Shown piece after piece: positions 1 through 10,665 of a DNA stretch of 64,000 nucleotides (the first letter of the stretch is position 1; the number at the start of each line of letters is the position of its first letter). The stretch comes from Candidatus Doudnabacteria bacterium (GTDB taxonomy: Bacteria; Patescibacteriota; Doudnabacteria; UBA920): assembly GCA_963837465.1 (NCBI GenBank), contig CAWINB010000004.1:10853-74852 (forward strand), written 5' to 3'. The translations under genes and the position numbers were made by a program. The notes beneath the pieces are model-generated. The model searched no databases and was not told the origin of the DNA. It saw only the letters and a list, made by a program, of their open reading frames with translations.

Positions 1-226
1 CGGGGATCCGGTCGAGAAGTCCTGCCACTATCTGGCCGTCGCTGCGGGTCTCGATCACGTCGTTGTCCATGCCCACAGGTGAGGGACGGCGCTGTCGTTC
101 TGGTGATCGGGGACTGTCCAGCCCCTGTTGAACCGCTGACGACCCTGTCGAGGGGTTTCTCAAAGGCAACCCTTCACCACCCGTAAGCAACCGCGGGGCT
201 TGACCCGACCCCCGGTAGCGTTTCGG

Positions 227-1005
227 ATGGCGAGAGTTCTGGTAACCGGGTCGAGTGACGGCATCGGGCTGATGGCCGGCCGGCTGCTGCTGCAAGAGGG
301 CCACGAGGTGACGTTCCACGCCCGCAACGAGGAGCGGGCGGCCGACCTGCGCCGGGCCGTTCCGGGCGGGGGCCCTACCGTCGTCATCGGGGATCTGGCG
401 TCGCTCGAGCAGACCCGCTCGGTGGCGGAACAAGCCAACCGCATCGGCCGCCACGACGCGGTCATCCACAACGCCGGGATCGGCTTCCGCCGCCCGGCCC
501 GGGAGACCAGCGAGGACGGCCACGAGCTCACCTTCGCGGTCAACGTGCTGGCCGCCTACGTGCTCACCGCTCTGGTCGATCGGCCGGGGCGGCTGGTCTA
601 TCTCAGCTCGGGCATGCACCGAGGCGGGACGCCCAGCCTCGACGACGTCGAGTGGACCAAGCGGCGGTGGAACGGGACGCAGGCGTACTCGGACACCAAG
701 CTGTTCGACGTGGCGCTGGCCTTCGGGATGGCCCGGCGGTGGCCGGATGTGCTGAGCAACGCCGTCGAGCCGGGGTGGGTGGCCACCAAGATGGGCGGGC
801 CTGGGCGCCCCCGACGACCTGGCGGCGGCGCCGGTCACGCAGTGCTGGCTGGCCGTCGAGCGAGGACCCGGAGGCGAAGACGACCGGCGGTTACTGGTAC
901 CACCAGCGGCGGCGGGACGCCCACCCGGCTACCTCCGATCCCCGGTTCCAGGACGAGCTGATCGACCGCTGCGCGTCGCTCAGCGGGGTGCCGCTGCCCG
1001 GTTGA
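227..1005 (+). CDS. short-chain dehydrogenase/reductase (SDR); apparent frameshift around 820-870
   Basis: ORF 200..961 has the Rossmann motif VLVTGSSDGIG and catalytic YSDTK. The C-terminal continuation (GYWYHQRR...GVPLPG) is in the +1 frame (ORF 652..1005). Very high GC. Confidence 0.6.
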
Positions 1006-1014
1006 CCCGGGCGG

Positions 1015-1531
1015 CTACCAGTGGTCCCGGTGGACGACCTCGTCGAAGGGGCGGCGGTCGGGGTGGGCGATCGGCTTGAGGGGCCGGTCGGCCGGATAGC
1101 CCAGGGCCAGCATGTAGGCGCAGATCCGGTCCTCGGGTATGCCGAGAATGCGCCGGCAGGCCTCCTGGTCGCCGATGGCCGAGTGGCCCGAACCGATGCC
1201 CAGGTCGGTGGCGGCCAGCATCATCGCCATGGTCGCCTGGCCCAGGTCGTACTGGTCGATGGTGAGGTAGCGCTCCTCCTCCGGCTGGCCGGAGGGTCAT
1301 CACGACCGCGGCGGCCGCCTCGGCCAGGTGCCGGGCTCCCATCCACACCGTGGTGAGCTCCTGCAGCTGGGACCGGTCGGTCACCAGCACGAAGTCCCAC
1401 GGCTGCCGGTTGGACGCCGATGGTGATCGCCAGCCGGCTTCGAGGATCCGGTCGAGGTCGTCGGCCGCGATGGGCCGGTCCTGGTAGGTGCGGACGTTGC
1501 GGCGGGCCCTGATGGCGTCCCATGTCTCCAT
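1015..1531 (-). CDS. nitroreductase-family protein, frameshifted near 1290-1300
   Basis: N-terminal part RRNVRTYQDRPI...SPSASNRQPWDFVLV in ORF 980..1531. C-terminal part MAMMLAATDLGIGSGHSAIGDQEA...YPADRP in ORF 1015..1230 in another frame. Together they form a typical nitroreductase. Confidence 0.55.
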
Positions 1532-2517
1532 GGCCCAGGCTACGTGCTCGACATCGTCTCGGTGTTCATCTCGTGGCGTGGTGCCCGGACCGTCGAGTCC
1601 CCAGGCTTCCTCTTTTCTGATTTCATAGTCGCCGATGCGGAAAGATCAATCGGCGTATCGGCACTTCTTACGGGGTTGGGCTGCTCCTCGCGACGTGAAC
1701 GTCGCCGCTCCATCGGTTCTCGTGCCCGAGATCCCGGACCTAGGGAATTCCACGCGGAGTCGTCCGTCTCGCTCCGCTGGTTCCGAGAGACGACGCTGCA
1801 GCGGTGACCGCCGCCTCCAGGACGAAGAGTACCACCGCTGGACAGCGACCATCCCGTGCCCTACGAGAGCGACATGCCCAAGATGGACCGCGACACACGA
1901 AGACATTGACGATCCGGCACGGGCGTCGCTTCGCCGTCGTCGACGCAGAATCCGATGTGCTGCTCGGCTCGCTCGGCATTGGGCAGCTCGATGGAAGCAG
2001 TGAGGGCTGCATCCCGGAACTGGATCGCCGACCAAATCGCGGCCACGGAATCGCGAGCACCGCCTCGTTCTCGGGTGCGACTGGCTCCATCGAGTTGTCG
2101 GCTTTACGTGCTTCGAGCTCGTGACGATGCTCGGCAACGGTGTCGACGGCAACGGTCGCCGGGACGGCGGTTAGTCGAAGACAGGGATGGTGTCTCGTTA
2201 CGGCTTACCCGAGGCCCAGGACATCGTTTTCGACGTCACGCAATGGGTCTTAACCTATTGAAGTGTGATCGCGGACTGGTGATGCTGGATTCAGCTGATT
2301 CGCTCGCTGCCCCCGACCGCCGCTTACGTCGCTGCCCAAGGGTCAAGCCGCGAGTCGGAAATGTTGACGTCGGCCTTGCGACTACTGGTCTGAACTGGGG
2401 CTCTTATTGTCGCGTCAATCGCCATCGATATCACCGATCAGACCGATTGAGGGTTGGTGCCTCATTGCAGGGGACACATTCGCGATCGGCGACACTCAGA
2501 TCGATGCTTCGGCTCTG

Positions 2518-2835
2518 CTAACTTTCGTCGCCAACCGAGTCCTGATCGTCCCGTTCGAACTGGCGAGTGGCGTGCACCTCGTAGTGCATGCCATAGACCT
2601 GCCTCAGCTGGGCTATCGCCTTGAGATCAGCCTTGCTGTGGGGGCTCGCGGTTGCCTCACCCTCCTCGCCTTCGACCGGCTCAAAGGAATGCACAACTAT
2701 CTTTTCTAGAAGTTCCCCGAGTGTTATGCCCTTGAATTCCGCGAGTCCTTTCAGGACTTGCACCATATGCTTTTCCATCCGCACGCCGAGTTGTACCCGC
2801 TCGACACGCGACCCTTCAACCGTCTCGGCCATCAT
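2518..2835 (-). CDS. small ribbon-helix-helix-like DNA-binding protein (possible antitoxin/regulator)
   Basis: ORF 2518..2892. The segment MAETVEGSRVERVQLGVRMEKHMVQVLKGLAEFKGITLGELLEKIV resembles an RHH/Arc-type fold. Weak call. Confidence 0.3.
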   Translation of the reverse strand: MMAETVEGSRVERVQLGVRMEKHMVQVLKGLAEFKGITLGELLEKIVVHSFEPVEGEEGEATASPHSKADLKAIAQLRQVYGMHYEVHATRQFERDDQDSVGDES

Positions 2836-3214
2836 CCCTCCCTTATCTGTGTCCCTTGGTCCCAAGGTAACAAAACGGGAGGCATTCGTCAATCAACAGC
2901 AGCCTTCCGCTTCGCCGTCGGTCGCTAGCGGGGCTGATTCATGTTGACGAGCCCACCCAAGCAAGATCATCTGGCACTCTGATCGCATGCGTTCCTCCCG
3001 GCTGCGCAGGCGGCTCGGGACTTATCCGTCGCCGTGGACACACTAAAGCGCGGCGCGCTGCGGAGTTCGCCAAGTCGGATGTCGACTGGTACAACCCTGT
3101 CTTCGACCCGTCGTCTTCGGAAGCGGCGGCTGAACTGCTATCGCTCTGAACGAACTGATCGGGCTCGGATGGCCGTAGTACGAGGTAGTCGGAAGTCCCC
3201 CCTCCGACACGTAA

Positions 3215-3829
3215 CTAACAAGGACTTCGAGAGTCAGCGTCTTCGACAGCAGATGCATGGGTGTGGTCCACGTCGATGGCTACTCCGACCGAGTTGTCAT
3301 TTTCGATTAGTGATAACTCCCGGTCGAGGCAAGCAAGGATCCGGCGCTCTGGCCAGCCTTCCGGATCCACCGTTGCCCGAAGCCCGAGCCCATCCACGAC
3401 TGTCATCAACAGGTCGGCCGCGGCTGCCGGCTGAATTCCCTCGCGGAGTCGGCCACTATTTCGGAGGTTGTGAGCATGCTCTCGATGATGTGGTCCGCGG
3501 TAGTGCCGTCGCTGCTCTGCCCCGAGCCTCCCGCTCGTAGCCGCCGTTGCCCAGTAGTTGACCCAGATCGCCCACTCGAGGCGAACTTGCGCGTTGAGGG
3601 GAAGTGACTCACGCAATACAGCTCGTAGGTTCAGGGGATCGGCCATCGCCCGTCTCAAGAGGCGCTCATGGCACTCTTCCGTTGCGGTTGTCAGGGCGGC
3701 GACGAGTAGCGATTCCTTATCAGCAAAGTAGTGAGTCACCATGCCTGTGCTGCGACCAGCCTCTGCGGCGACATCGCGGATCGTCACCCGCTCGATTCCC
3801 TTCGAGGCGATCGGCGACACGCAGCCCAT
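3215..3829 (-). CDS. TetR-family transcriptional regulator (C-terminal half possibly frame-disturbed)
   Basis: N-terminal HTH ERVTIRDVAAEAGRSTGMVTHYFADKESLL is a classic TetR_N. The overlapping -strand ORF 3406..3612 suggests a local frame problem. Confidence 0.55.
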   Translation of the reverse strand: MGCVSPIASKGIERVTIRDVAAEAGRSTGMVTHYFADKESLLVAALTTATEECHERLLRRAMADPLNLRAVLRESLPLNAQVRLEWAIWVNYWATAATSGRLGAEQRRHYRGPHHREHAHNLRNSGRLREGIQPAAAADLLMTVVDGLGLRATVDPEGWPERRILACLDRELSLIENDNSVGVAIDVDHTHASAVEDADSRSPC

Positions 3830-4031
3830 GCCACCTCGAGGCGTTGTTGGTCACGATCGACAAGCTTAGGCACGGCACGACCGTAACCTTCCACGTGATA
3901 GAAAACAAATGTTCTATATCCGTGGCTCTGGAGCTAACTCCTGCATCTGCTGTCAGCTTCTTTATTCCTCTTGACGACGGCACCTCTGCTGTTAGGATGC
4001 ACAACAGATGTTTTGTTAGGTTCTAGGTTCG

Positions 4032-5679
4032 ATGCCGATCCGCCGCCAAGGCGGGCTGAGAGGGGGAAGGGCATGCGAGAGCCGTGAAGGCCATCACCCC
4101 GGGACGGGCGAGTTCCGGAGAGCCCTCAGCCGCCGAACGGTCCTCAAGGGACTCACATACGGCGGAGTTTTGGCTGCAGGTGGAGGAGTGCTGTCCTCCT
4201 GCGGTGCCTCACATAGCTCGCCCCCCAAGCAGGAAGCCCGAAAGCCGAGGCGAGGTGGGGTCCTTCGCGTTGGCCTTACGGGTGGAACCTCATCGGACAC
4301 CCTTGATCCCGATAATACGATCAATAACGTCGACTTTGCTCGTGCGTTCAACGTCTTCAACAGCTTGGTCGAGCTGAATCTTGACGCGCAGCCGCAGCTT
4401 TCTCTCGCTGAGGAGGTGACACCGAACAGCTCAGCCACCGCATGGACGATCCGTGTGCTACCAGACGTCACGTGGCACAACGGAAAGAGCCTCGGTGCTG
4501 ACGATGTCATCTTCACGCTCCGGCGCATTGCGAATCCGAAGAGCCCTCTCGAGGGTGCCTCGCAGATTGCAGCGCTTGACCTCAGCAACATCGAGAAGCT
4601 CGATGCCCGGACCATCCGGATCCATTGTCACACGCCGTTCTCAACCTTCGCCGAGACGCTTGCGGGCAACTTCTTCTTCGTCGTCCCAGTCGGCTTTGAC
4701 GTGAAGCATCCAGTCGGGACTGGCCCCTTCAGATTTGGCACTTTCTCGCCTGGGGTGGAGAGCAGTTTTCCGAGATTCGAGAATTATCTGGCAGCGCTCG
4801 CTACCTTATGTTGACAGCCTCCTCATCACCGAGTACGCGAATGAGACGAGCCAACTCGACGCCCTGCAGAGCGGTCAAGAGGACGTGATTCGTCTCCTAT
4901 CGCCGTCCAGTATTACTTCTGCCAGAACAAATGGAGGACAGGTAGTTGTCTCGCGTGGCGAAGGGTGGAATCCGTTCACTATGCGGGTCGATGTGCCTCC
5001 CTTTCACGACAACCGGGTTCGTGAGGCCATGCGGCTGATCGTGAATCGGGAGGAGATGTTAGGGGCGGTCTTCAGTGGCTACGGCACACTGGGCAACGAT
5101 GTCTTTACGATCTTCGACTCAACCTACGACCACTCCCTGCCGCAACGTCACCAGGACATCCCGCGGGCGAAGGCGCTTCTCAAGGCGGCCGGGGCTGAGG
5201 GCCTGCACGTGCAGCTCGTCACTTCTGCGATCGCCCAAGGCGTGGTCCAGTCAGCTCAGGTGTTCGCTCAACAGGCGCAAGCGGCAGGAGTGACGGTGTC
5301 GCTGAATAATGTGACACCGACTGCCTTTTACGGAGCGAACTACCTGAAATGGACCTTTGCGCAGGATGACTGGGTGTACGTTCCTTACCTTGTCCAGGTG
5401 TCGCAGGCGACTCTCCCATCGGCTCCGTTCAACGAGTGCCATTTCGACGACCCGCAGTACAACTCGCTCTACCAGCAGGCGCTCGCCACCACCGATGACG
5501 CCAAGCGCACGGAGTTGATCCACGAGATGCAGGTCATCGACTACACGAGCGGCGGATACATCATTCCGTACTTCCCCCCCGTGATTGATGCGCACTCTCA
5601 GAAGGTGCAAGGCATCGAGACCTCGAGGACGGGGCTGCCGCTTTCGAACTACGGATTCAAGTCGATGTGGTTTGCGTGA
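4032..5679 (+). CDS. ABC transporter substrate-binding protein, family 5 (peptide/nickel type), Tat-lipoprotein signal; frameshift near 4790-4830
   Basis: RRTVLKG twin-arginine motif plus lipobox-like LSSCGAS. The two ORFs 4032..4814 and 4735..5679 together read as one SBP_bac_5-like protein (RVGLTGGTSSDTLDP ... YVPYLVQ ... IIPYFPP). Confidence 0.6.
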
Positions 5680-5689
5680 GCCATTGAGG

Positions 5690-6600
5690 CATAGCCCGGC
5701 GGCCGAACTGAATCCTCGAGAGGAGATCGAGCTCGACGGGGCATCGCTGTCCTTGGAGGGATTGGCCGCCGTCGTCAGTGGCGAAAGGTCGGCTGTGCTT
5801 GCCCCGCGGGCAACGGTGCGGATGCGGGCCGCGAGGAACGTCCTTGTGAAAGAGATGGAACGTGGAATCGCCGTGTATGGCACGACGACGGGAGTTGCCG
5901 AGCGCAAACGCGTGTCAGTCGACGGTCCCCGCCAATCGGCCTTCAATCGAAGGCTCATCTCGGGTCATCGCGTCGCTCAGGGGCCGCCAGCGTCGCCGTT
6001 AATCGTGCGGGCGGCGATGCTTTGCCTCGCGAACAGTCTCGCAAAAGGGATGTCGGGTGTCCGCCCTGAGATCGTGGAACTCTTTCTCGAAGCTCTAGAC
6101 GACGGGTTCGTGCCGCTGGTGGGCAGCCTCGGCTCTGTCGGCGAAGGGGACATCGGGCCGCTCGCCGACCTTGCTCATGGCCTGCTCGATCGCAGCGGGC
6201 TTGTTCTTGAAGCTGGCGAGGGACTCGCGCTCATGAATAGCAACGCCTTCTCCACGGGATGGTCGGCACTTGCGCTGCTCAGAGCCGAGAGGTTGCTCGA
6301 CTCAACGGACGTGGCTGCCGCAATGGATCTTGAGGCGTTCGCTGCGAATCTCAGCCCTTGGCACGACATCGTTGTGGCCTGTCGCTCCTCGCCGGGCATC
6401 GAGACGACGATCGGAACAGTTCGCCAGCTGCTCTCCGGAAGTGTCCTTTGGGAGCCCGGCGGGCGCGCAATCTGCAGGATCCCATGACATTCCGCTGCAT
6501 TCCTCAGGTGCATGGCGCAGCCGCGAAGCCCTCACCTACGCCCGGGCGATCGTCGAGGCGGAGATCAACGCAGTCCAAGGGAATCCGGTGGTGGTGGTCG
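5690..6600 (+). pseudogene. histidine/phenylalanine ammonia-lyase-like (aromatic amino acid lyase family), multiply frameshifted and truncated after about 300 aa
   Basis: IAVYGTTTGVAE, GSLGSVGEGDIGPLADLAH (position of the MIO-forming GSVGASGDLAPLAH), RCIPQVHGAA and AIVEAEINAVQGNPVVV lie in three different frames (ORFs 5585..6487, 6358..6828, 6270..6647). The C-terminal ~200 aa of a normal HAL are absent. Confidence 0.55.
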
Positions 6601-7054
6601 AGGAGCAATATTTTTGCCCTGGACAACGGGCAAATCCTGGAAATTAATTCCGCCAAGGAAGCGCGCGCCACGCAGGACAGCAAAATTGCCAGCGGCTATG
6701 TATTTATAGACGGCCTCGGCGTAGGCGATGTCGGCGAAGTCGTCATTCGCGACAGGCAGGTTATGGCCCAGGGACGGAATGTTCGTGATTATAATGACTT
6801 TGGAACGACGCAGCGGCAAGCTGGTTAACCAGCCGGATATAATTTCGCGGGGGTTTATTTACATGAAGGGTAACGACAAACTCATTCGCGAAGTCAAGCA
6901 CGAAGTGCGCAAGCTGGTGGAAAGCAAAGGCAAGGAAAAACTGGAACCCAACTACGCCTTCCTGCGCAACATCGTCCGCGACGAAATCGGCGAATATCTC
7001 TACCAAAAAACCGAAAGGCGTCCGATGGTGCTGCCGGTGGTAATTGAGGTTTAA
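6600..7054 (+). pseudogene. 3' fragment of an RNase J-like ribonuclease gene, frameshifted
   Basis: ILEINSAKEARATQDSKIASGYVFIDGLGVGDVGEVVIRDRQVMAQ ... PDIISRGFIYMKG ... TERRPMVLPVVIEV spans ORFs 6358..6828 and 6728..7054. This matches my recollection of the C-terminal region of RNase J. Only the last ~150 aa are present, with no upstream beta-lactamase domain. Confidence 0.45.
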
Positions 7055-7065
7055 GCCGCAAACTT

Positions 7066-7100
7066 AACACAAAGGGGAATCCTAACAAGGATTCCCCTTT
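7066..7100 (+). terminator. hairpin AAAGGGGAATCCT-aaca-AGGATTCCCCTTT (terminator / REP-like palindrome)
   Basis: Perfect 13-bp inverted repeat directly after the RNase J fragment stop. It shares the GGGGAATCC core with the hairpin at 7757-7797. Confidence 0.6.
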
Positions 7101-7139
7101 AATTATGACCAATTATGGTATAATAAATAAAATTAAACC

Positions 7140-7754
7140 ATGGGAGGAATTATGCAATATAGGGATTATAAAATTTTTAGGGCCGGCGAAATTTATCATA
7201 TTTACAATCGAGGCAACCATAAAGAACAGATATTCTTCGATGAACAGGATTATTTAAACTACATTAAACGTATAAAATTAGCACTGGGAAAAGGCTCCCT
7301 ATCCAATCTTAAGATCCGGCCATTTCCTGCAAATACTTTTAGTATCCTATGCTATTGTTTAATGCCTAACCATTTTCACTTAATGGTTAAACAAAATAGC
7401 GATATACCAATTAGCCAGCTTATCAGCAAAGTTTCCATCAGCTACGCAATGTATTTTAATAAAAGATACAATAAAGTTGGCAATATTTTTCAAGATGCCT
7501 TTAAGGCAAAGCTAATAGACAGTGATTCTTACCTGACTTATTTATCCGCCTATATTCATAACAATCCAGAAAATCCTCAAACTTACCCTTACTCAAGTTT
7601 TCCGGACCTTGCCGGAGATAGAAACGGAACAATATGCGATAAGTACTTATTATCCTTTTTTGAAAATAATAAGGAAACTTATAAAAAATTTATATTATCT
7701 TACAATAATTCTGACTATCAAAAGATTCAGCACCTGACTTTTGAAGAGGGCTAA
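7140..7754 (+). CDS. IS200/IS605-like HUH tyrosine transposase, REP-associated (RAYT)-like
   Basis: HUH motif CYCLMPNHFHLM and catalytic-Tyr region YLSAYIHNNP. About 200 aa, AT-rich relative to neighbours, flanked by related palindromes. Confidence 0.6.
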   Translation: MGGIMQYRDYKIFRAGEIYHIYNRGNHKEQIFFDEQDYLNYIKRIKLALGKGSLSNLKIRPFPANTFSILCYCLMPNHFHLMVKQNSDIPISQLISKVSISYAMYFNKRYNKVGNIFQDAFKAKLIDSDSYLTYLSAYIHNNPENPQTYPYSSFPDLAGDRNGTICDKYLLSFFENNKETYKKFILSYNNSDYQKIQHLTFEEG

Positions 7755-7756
7755 CA

Positions 7757-7797
7757 AAAAAGGATTCCCCTAGTGCTGCACTAGGGGAATCCTTTTT
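7757..7797 (+). repeat. REP-like palindrome / terminator AAGGATTCCCCTAGTGC-TGC-GCACTAGGGGAATCCTT
   Basis: Inverted repeat with A-run and T-run flanks. It shares the core GGATTCCCC/GGGGAATCC with the hairpin at 7066-7100 on the other side of the RAYT gene. Confidence 0.55.
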
Positions 7798-7839
7798 TGA
7801 GTAGGCGGATGGGGAGTTTTTTGGTATAATCTAAATACT

Positions 7840-8820
7840 ATGAACAAACAAGAAACTTACCTTGCCGGCTGCAGGGTTAGCGGGAAGCTGCATATTGGCA
7901 ATTATTTAGGGCTGGTAAAAGATTTGCTGGAAACACAACAGCGCGACAATTTACAGCGCTTTTATTTCATTGCGGATTTACACGGATTAACCACGCCGTT
8001 TGTGCCCAAAGAAATGAAGGCAAACGCGCTGGATGTGGCGGCCAGTTATTTGGCGGCCGGGATTGACCCAAACAGGACGGTATTTTTTTTACAAAATCAT
8101 GTCCAGGAACACGCTTCTTTGGCCTGGATTTTTAACTGCATTACTCCGCTTGGGGAACTGGAAAGAATGACCCAATACAAAGATAAAACCTCCCAGCACA
8201 AAGAAAATATTAACGCCGGGCTGCTTACTTATCCCACTTTAATGGCAGCGGATATTTTACTATATAAGCCAACCTCAATCCCTGTAGGCGAAGATCAGGT
8301 CCAGCACGTGGAACTTGCCCGTTTTGCAGCGCGGAAATTTAACCATCATTTTGGCAAAACTTTTCCCGAGCCGCAAACCTATTTAACCAAACCCCTGCGC
8401 ATTATGTCCTTAACCGACCCAACAAAAAAAATGAGCAAGACCGGGGATGAGGCTTTGTTGCTTGATGATGAACCAAAGGAAATAATGAGAAAATTAAAAA
8501 AGGCTGTTACGGCCAGCGAGCCGGGTAAAAAATCCCCGGGTGTGGAAAATTTATTTTTATTAATGGAGCATTTCGGACAAAAAGAACAAGTTAACTATTT
8601 CCGCGACCAGCAAAAAAACAACACTCTTAAATTCAGTGAACTTAAGGAAACTTTGGCCAAAGATATTGCCGAATATTTTGTCGAATTCCGCGAAAAACGA
8701 AAAGAGCTTCTATCCAGACCCGAATACCTGGCCGAAGTCCTGGGAGAAGGCAGCCACAAAGCCAGGCAAGTTGCCAGCCAGACATTACTGGAAGTAAAAC
8801 AAAAAATCGGCCTGCTGTAG
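7840..8820 (+). CDS. trpS: tryptophanyl-tRNA synthetase
   Basis: Class I HIGH-type motif GKLHIGNY and KMSKS motif KMSKT. Length 326 aa. Confidence 0.85.
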   Translation: MNKQETYLAGCRVSGKLHIGNYLGLVKDLLETQQRDNLQRFYFIADLHGLTTPFVPKEMKANALDVAASYLAAGIDPNRTVFFLQNHVQEHASLAWIFNCITPLGELERMTQYKDKTSQHKENINAGLLTYPTLMAADILLYKPTSIPVGEDQVQHVELARFAARKFNHHFGKTFPEPQTYLTKPLRIMSLTDPTKKMSKTGDEALLLDDEPKEIMRKLKKAVTASEPGKKSPGVENLFLLMEHFGQKEQVNYFRDQQKNNTLKFSELKETLAKDIAEYFVEFREKRKELLSRPEYLAEVLGEGSHKARQVASQTLLEVKQKIGLL

Positions 8821-8833
8821 CGGGCCGATTTTT

Positions 8834-10218
8834 TTATTTTATGTGGTTAATTAAAGAAGTTACTTCGTCAATTTTTTGTTTCAGCAACTCGGCGCTGTCA
8901 GCCTCCACGTTTATACGCAACAGGTTTTGCGTATTGGAAGACCTTAAATTAAATCTCCAATTGGGATAGTTAAAATCATAACCATCTATGCTGTCTATTT
9001 GAGCATCGCTGTATTTGGATTTTACCGTTTCCAAAACATCCTGATTTTTAAACTCAAAATTTATTTCCTCGGAAATATAAAATTTTTCCCTAAGCGACTT
9101 TAAAACTTCTGAAAAAAGCTTGTCAGCGGCGGATAAAATTTCCAGCATGGCCAAAAACGGCATCAGTCCATTGTCCAGATAAAAATTATCCTTAAAATAA
9201 TAATGGCCGGAAGTCTCGCTGCCAAAAACTGCTCCTTCCTGAATCATCCGCTCTTTAATAAAAGAGTGCCCGGCTTTGGTCATTACCGCGATACCACCAT
9301 TTTGCTCAATAACATAATCTATAACCCGCACCACGCGCGTATCGTGCACAATTTTGCCGCCCGGATATTTTTTTAAATAATATTGCGAGAGCAAAGCATT
9401 AATATAAGCCGGGGTAACGAACTGGCCGTTTTCGTCAAAAAAGAAACAACGGTCGCCGTCGCCGTCCCAAGCCACCCCCAAATCCGGCTTCAGTTGCTTT
9501 ATGGACTCAATGGTTTCCGGCCGGTTGGTTGGCAGCAGAGGATCCGACGGTCCTTTGGGAAAATTTCCGTCCAAATGGCCATTCAAAACTTTTATAAATT
9601 CTATTGGCAACAAGGTTTTTAATTTTTCTATGGCCGGATTAGCCATACCAAAATTGGCATTGGCCACAACCTTAAAAGCCTTAAACTTGCTAACATCAAA
9701 AGTCTTAAGTACGTGCTTATAGTAAGCGTCTTTGATGTCCTGTTTTTGAGCCGCACCTTTTTTATTGGAAATTGGAAATTGGAAATTGGAAATTACCAAA
9801 TCTCTAATCTCATATATCCCGCTGTCCCCGGAAACGGGAGCCGATTTCTCCTTCACCAATTTTAAGCCGCCATATTGTTTGGGGTTATGGCTGGCCGTGG
9901 CCATAATGCCGCCATCCAGGTCCAGATGAACAACGCCAAAATACATTTGGTCCGTAGAAATTAAACCCAAATCCAACACATTCACCCCGGCATTGTAAGC
10001 CCGCGCTCGGCCGCGTCCCTGAATTCTTTCCCGCATAAGCGCATATCATGACCCACTGCAATGTTTAATTTTCGCATCGGCCCGTCTTTGAGATCATTCA
10101 TTTGCAATAACTTTACATAAGCCTGCGCAATCTTATAAACCAACTCGGCATTAATCTGCGTAGGATAAATTCCCCGGATGTCATAGGCTTTAAAAATTGA
10201 CTGATCTATTTGTTCCAT
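8834..10218 (-). CDS. phosphomannomutase/phosphoglucomutase (alpha-D-phosphohexomutase), frameshift near 10020-10040
   Basis: N-terminus (MEQIDQSIFKAYDIRGIYP ... IAVGHDMRL) is in ORF 9982..10218. The remainder (TASHNP phosphoserine loop, GDGDR metal loop) is in ORF 8834..10036. Confidence 0.75.
9764..9797. repeat. heptanucleotide tandem repeat (GGAAATT)x4.5 inside the phosphomannomutase CDS
   Basis: attggaaattggaaattggaaattggaaatt. On the coding strand it encodes ISNFQFPISN. The unit length is not a multiple of 3. Confidence 0.8.
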
Positions 10219-10227
10219 AAAATACTT

Positions 10228-10665
10228 TTAACGAAGTTTTATCTGATGAGTATTGCCTGAGGTGCCTGCCTTTTTATTTAAAAATTCTTGATAAAGAAAG
10301 TAAACTTGCGCAAAGTGACCTAATTTACCTGTAAAAATAGTGCTGGGCTTACCTGGACCATTATTAATTTTTAGCGTTAGCCCGCTTCTATTAGACCCGC
10401 TGGCTTCTTCGCAAATATTTAAAGATAAAAGTTTAGCGGCAATTTCATTAACCGCAGGAAGTTTTTGGGATTTTTCCAAGGCGATACCGCCCGCAACAAT
10501 TTTAGAGAACATCTCATAAATTAATCTTTTTTGATCTGGCGTTAAAATACCCTCGCCTGCTAAAATTATTTTTGGCTTCATCTCACTTGCTGTTTTCTCA
10601 ACTTCCTTAGCGTATCTAATCCTTTTTTGATAATCCGCTTCTCTCTGGTCTATATATCTTGGCAT
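10228..10665 (-). CDS. hypothetical protein
   Basis: 145-aa ORF with no motif I can recognise. Confidence 0.3.
   Translation of the reverse strand: MPRYIDQREADYQKRIRYAKEVEKTASEMKPKIILAGEGILTPDQKRLIYEMFSKIVAGGIALEKSQKLPAVNEIAAKLLSLNICEEASGSNRSGLTLKINNGPGKPSTIFTGKLGHFAQVYFLYQEFLNKKAGTSGNTHQIKLR

Noticed and set aside
1544-2521. Many overlapping ORFs on both strands (1544..1807, 1635..2003, 1646..2152, 1740..2090, 1804..2124, 1955..2521)
   Set aside because: They are typical of random open frames in very GC-rich DNA. None shows a recognisable motif, and they mutually overlap in all frames.
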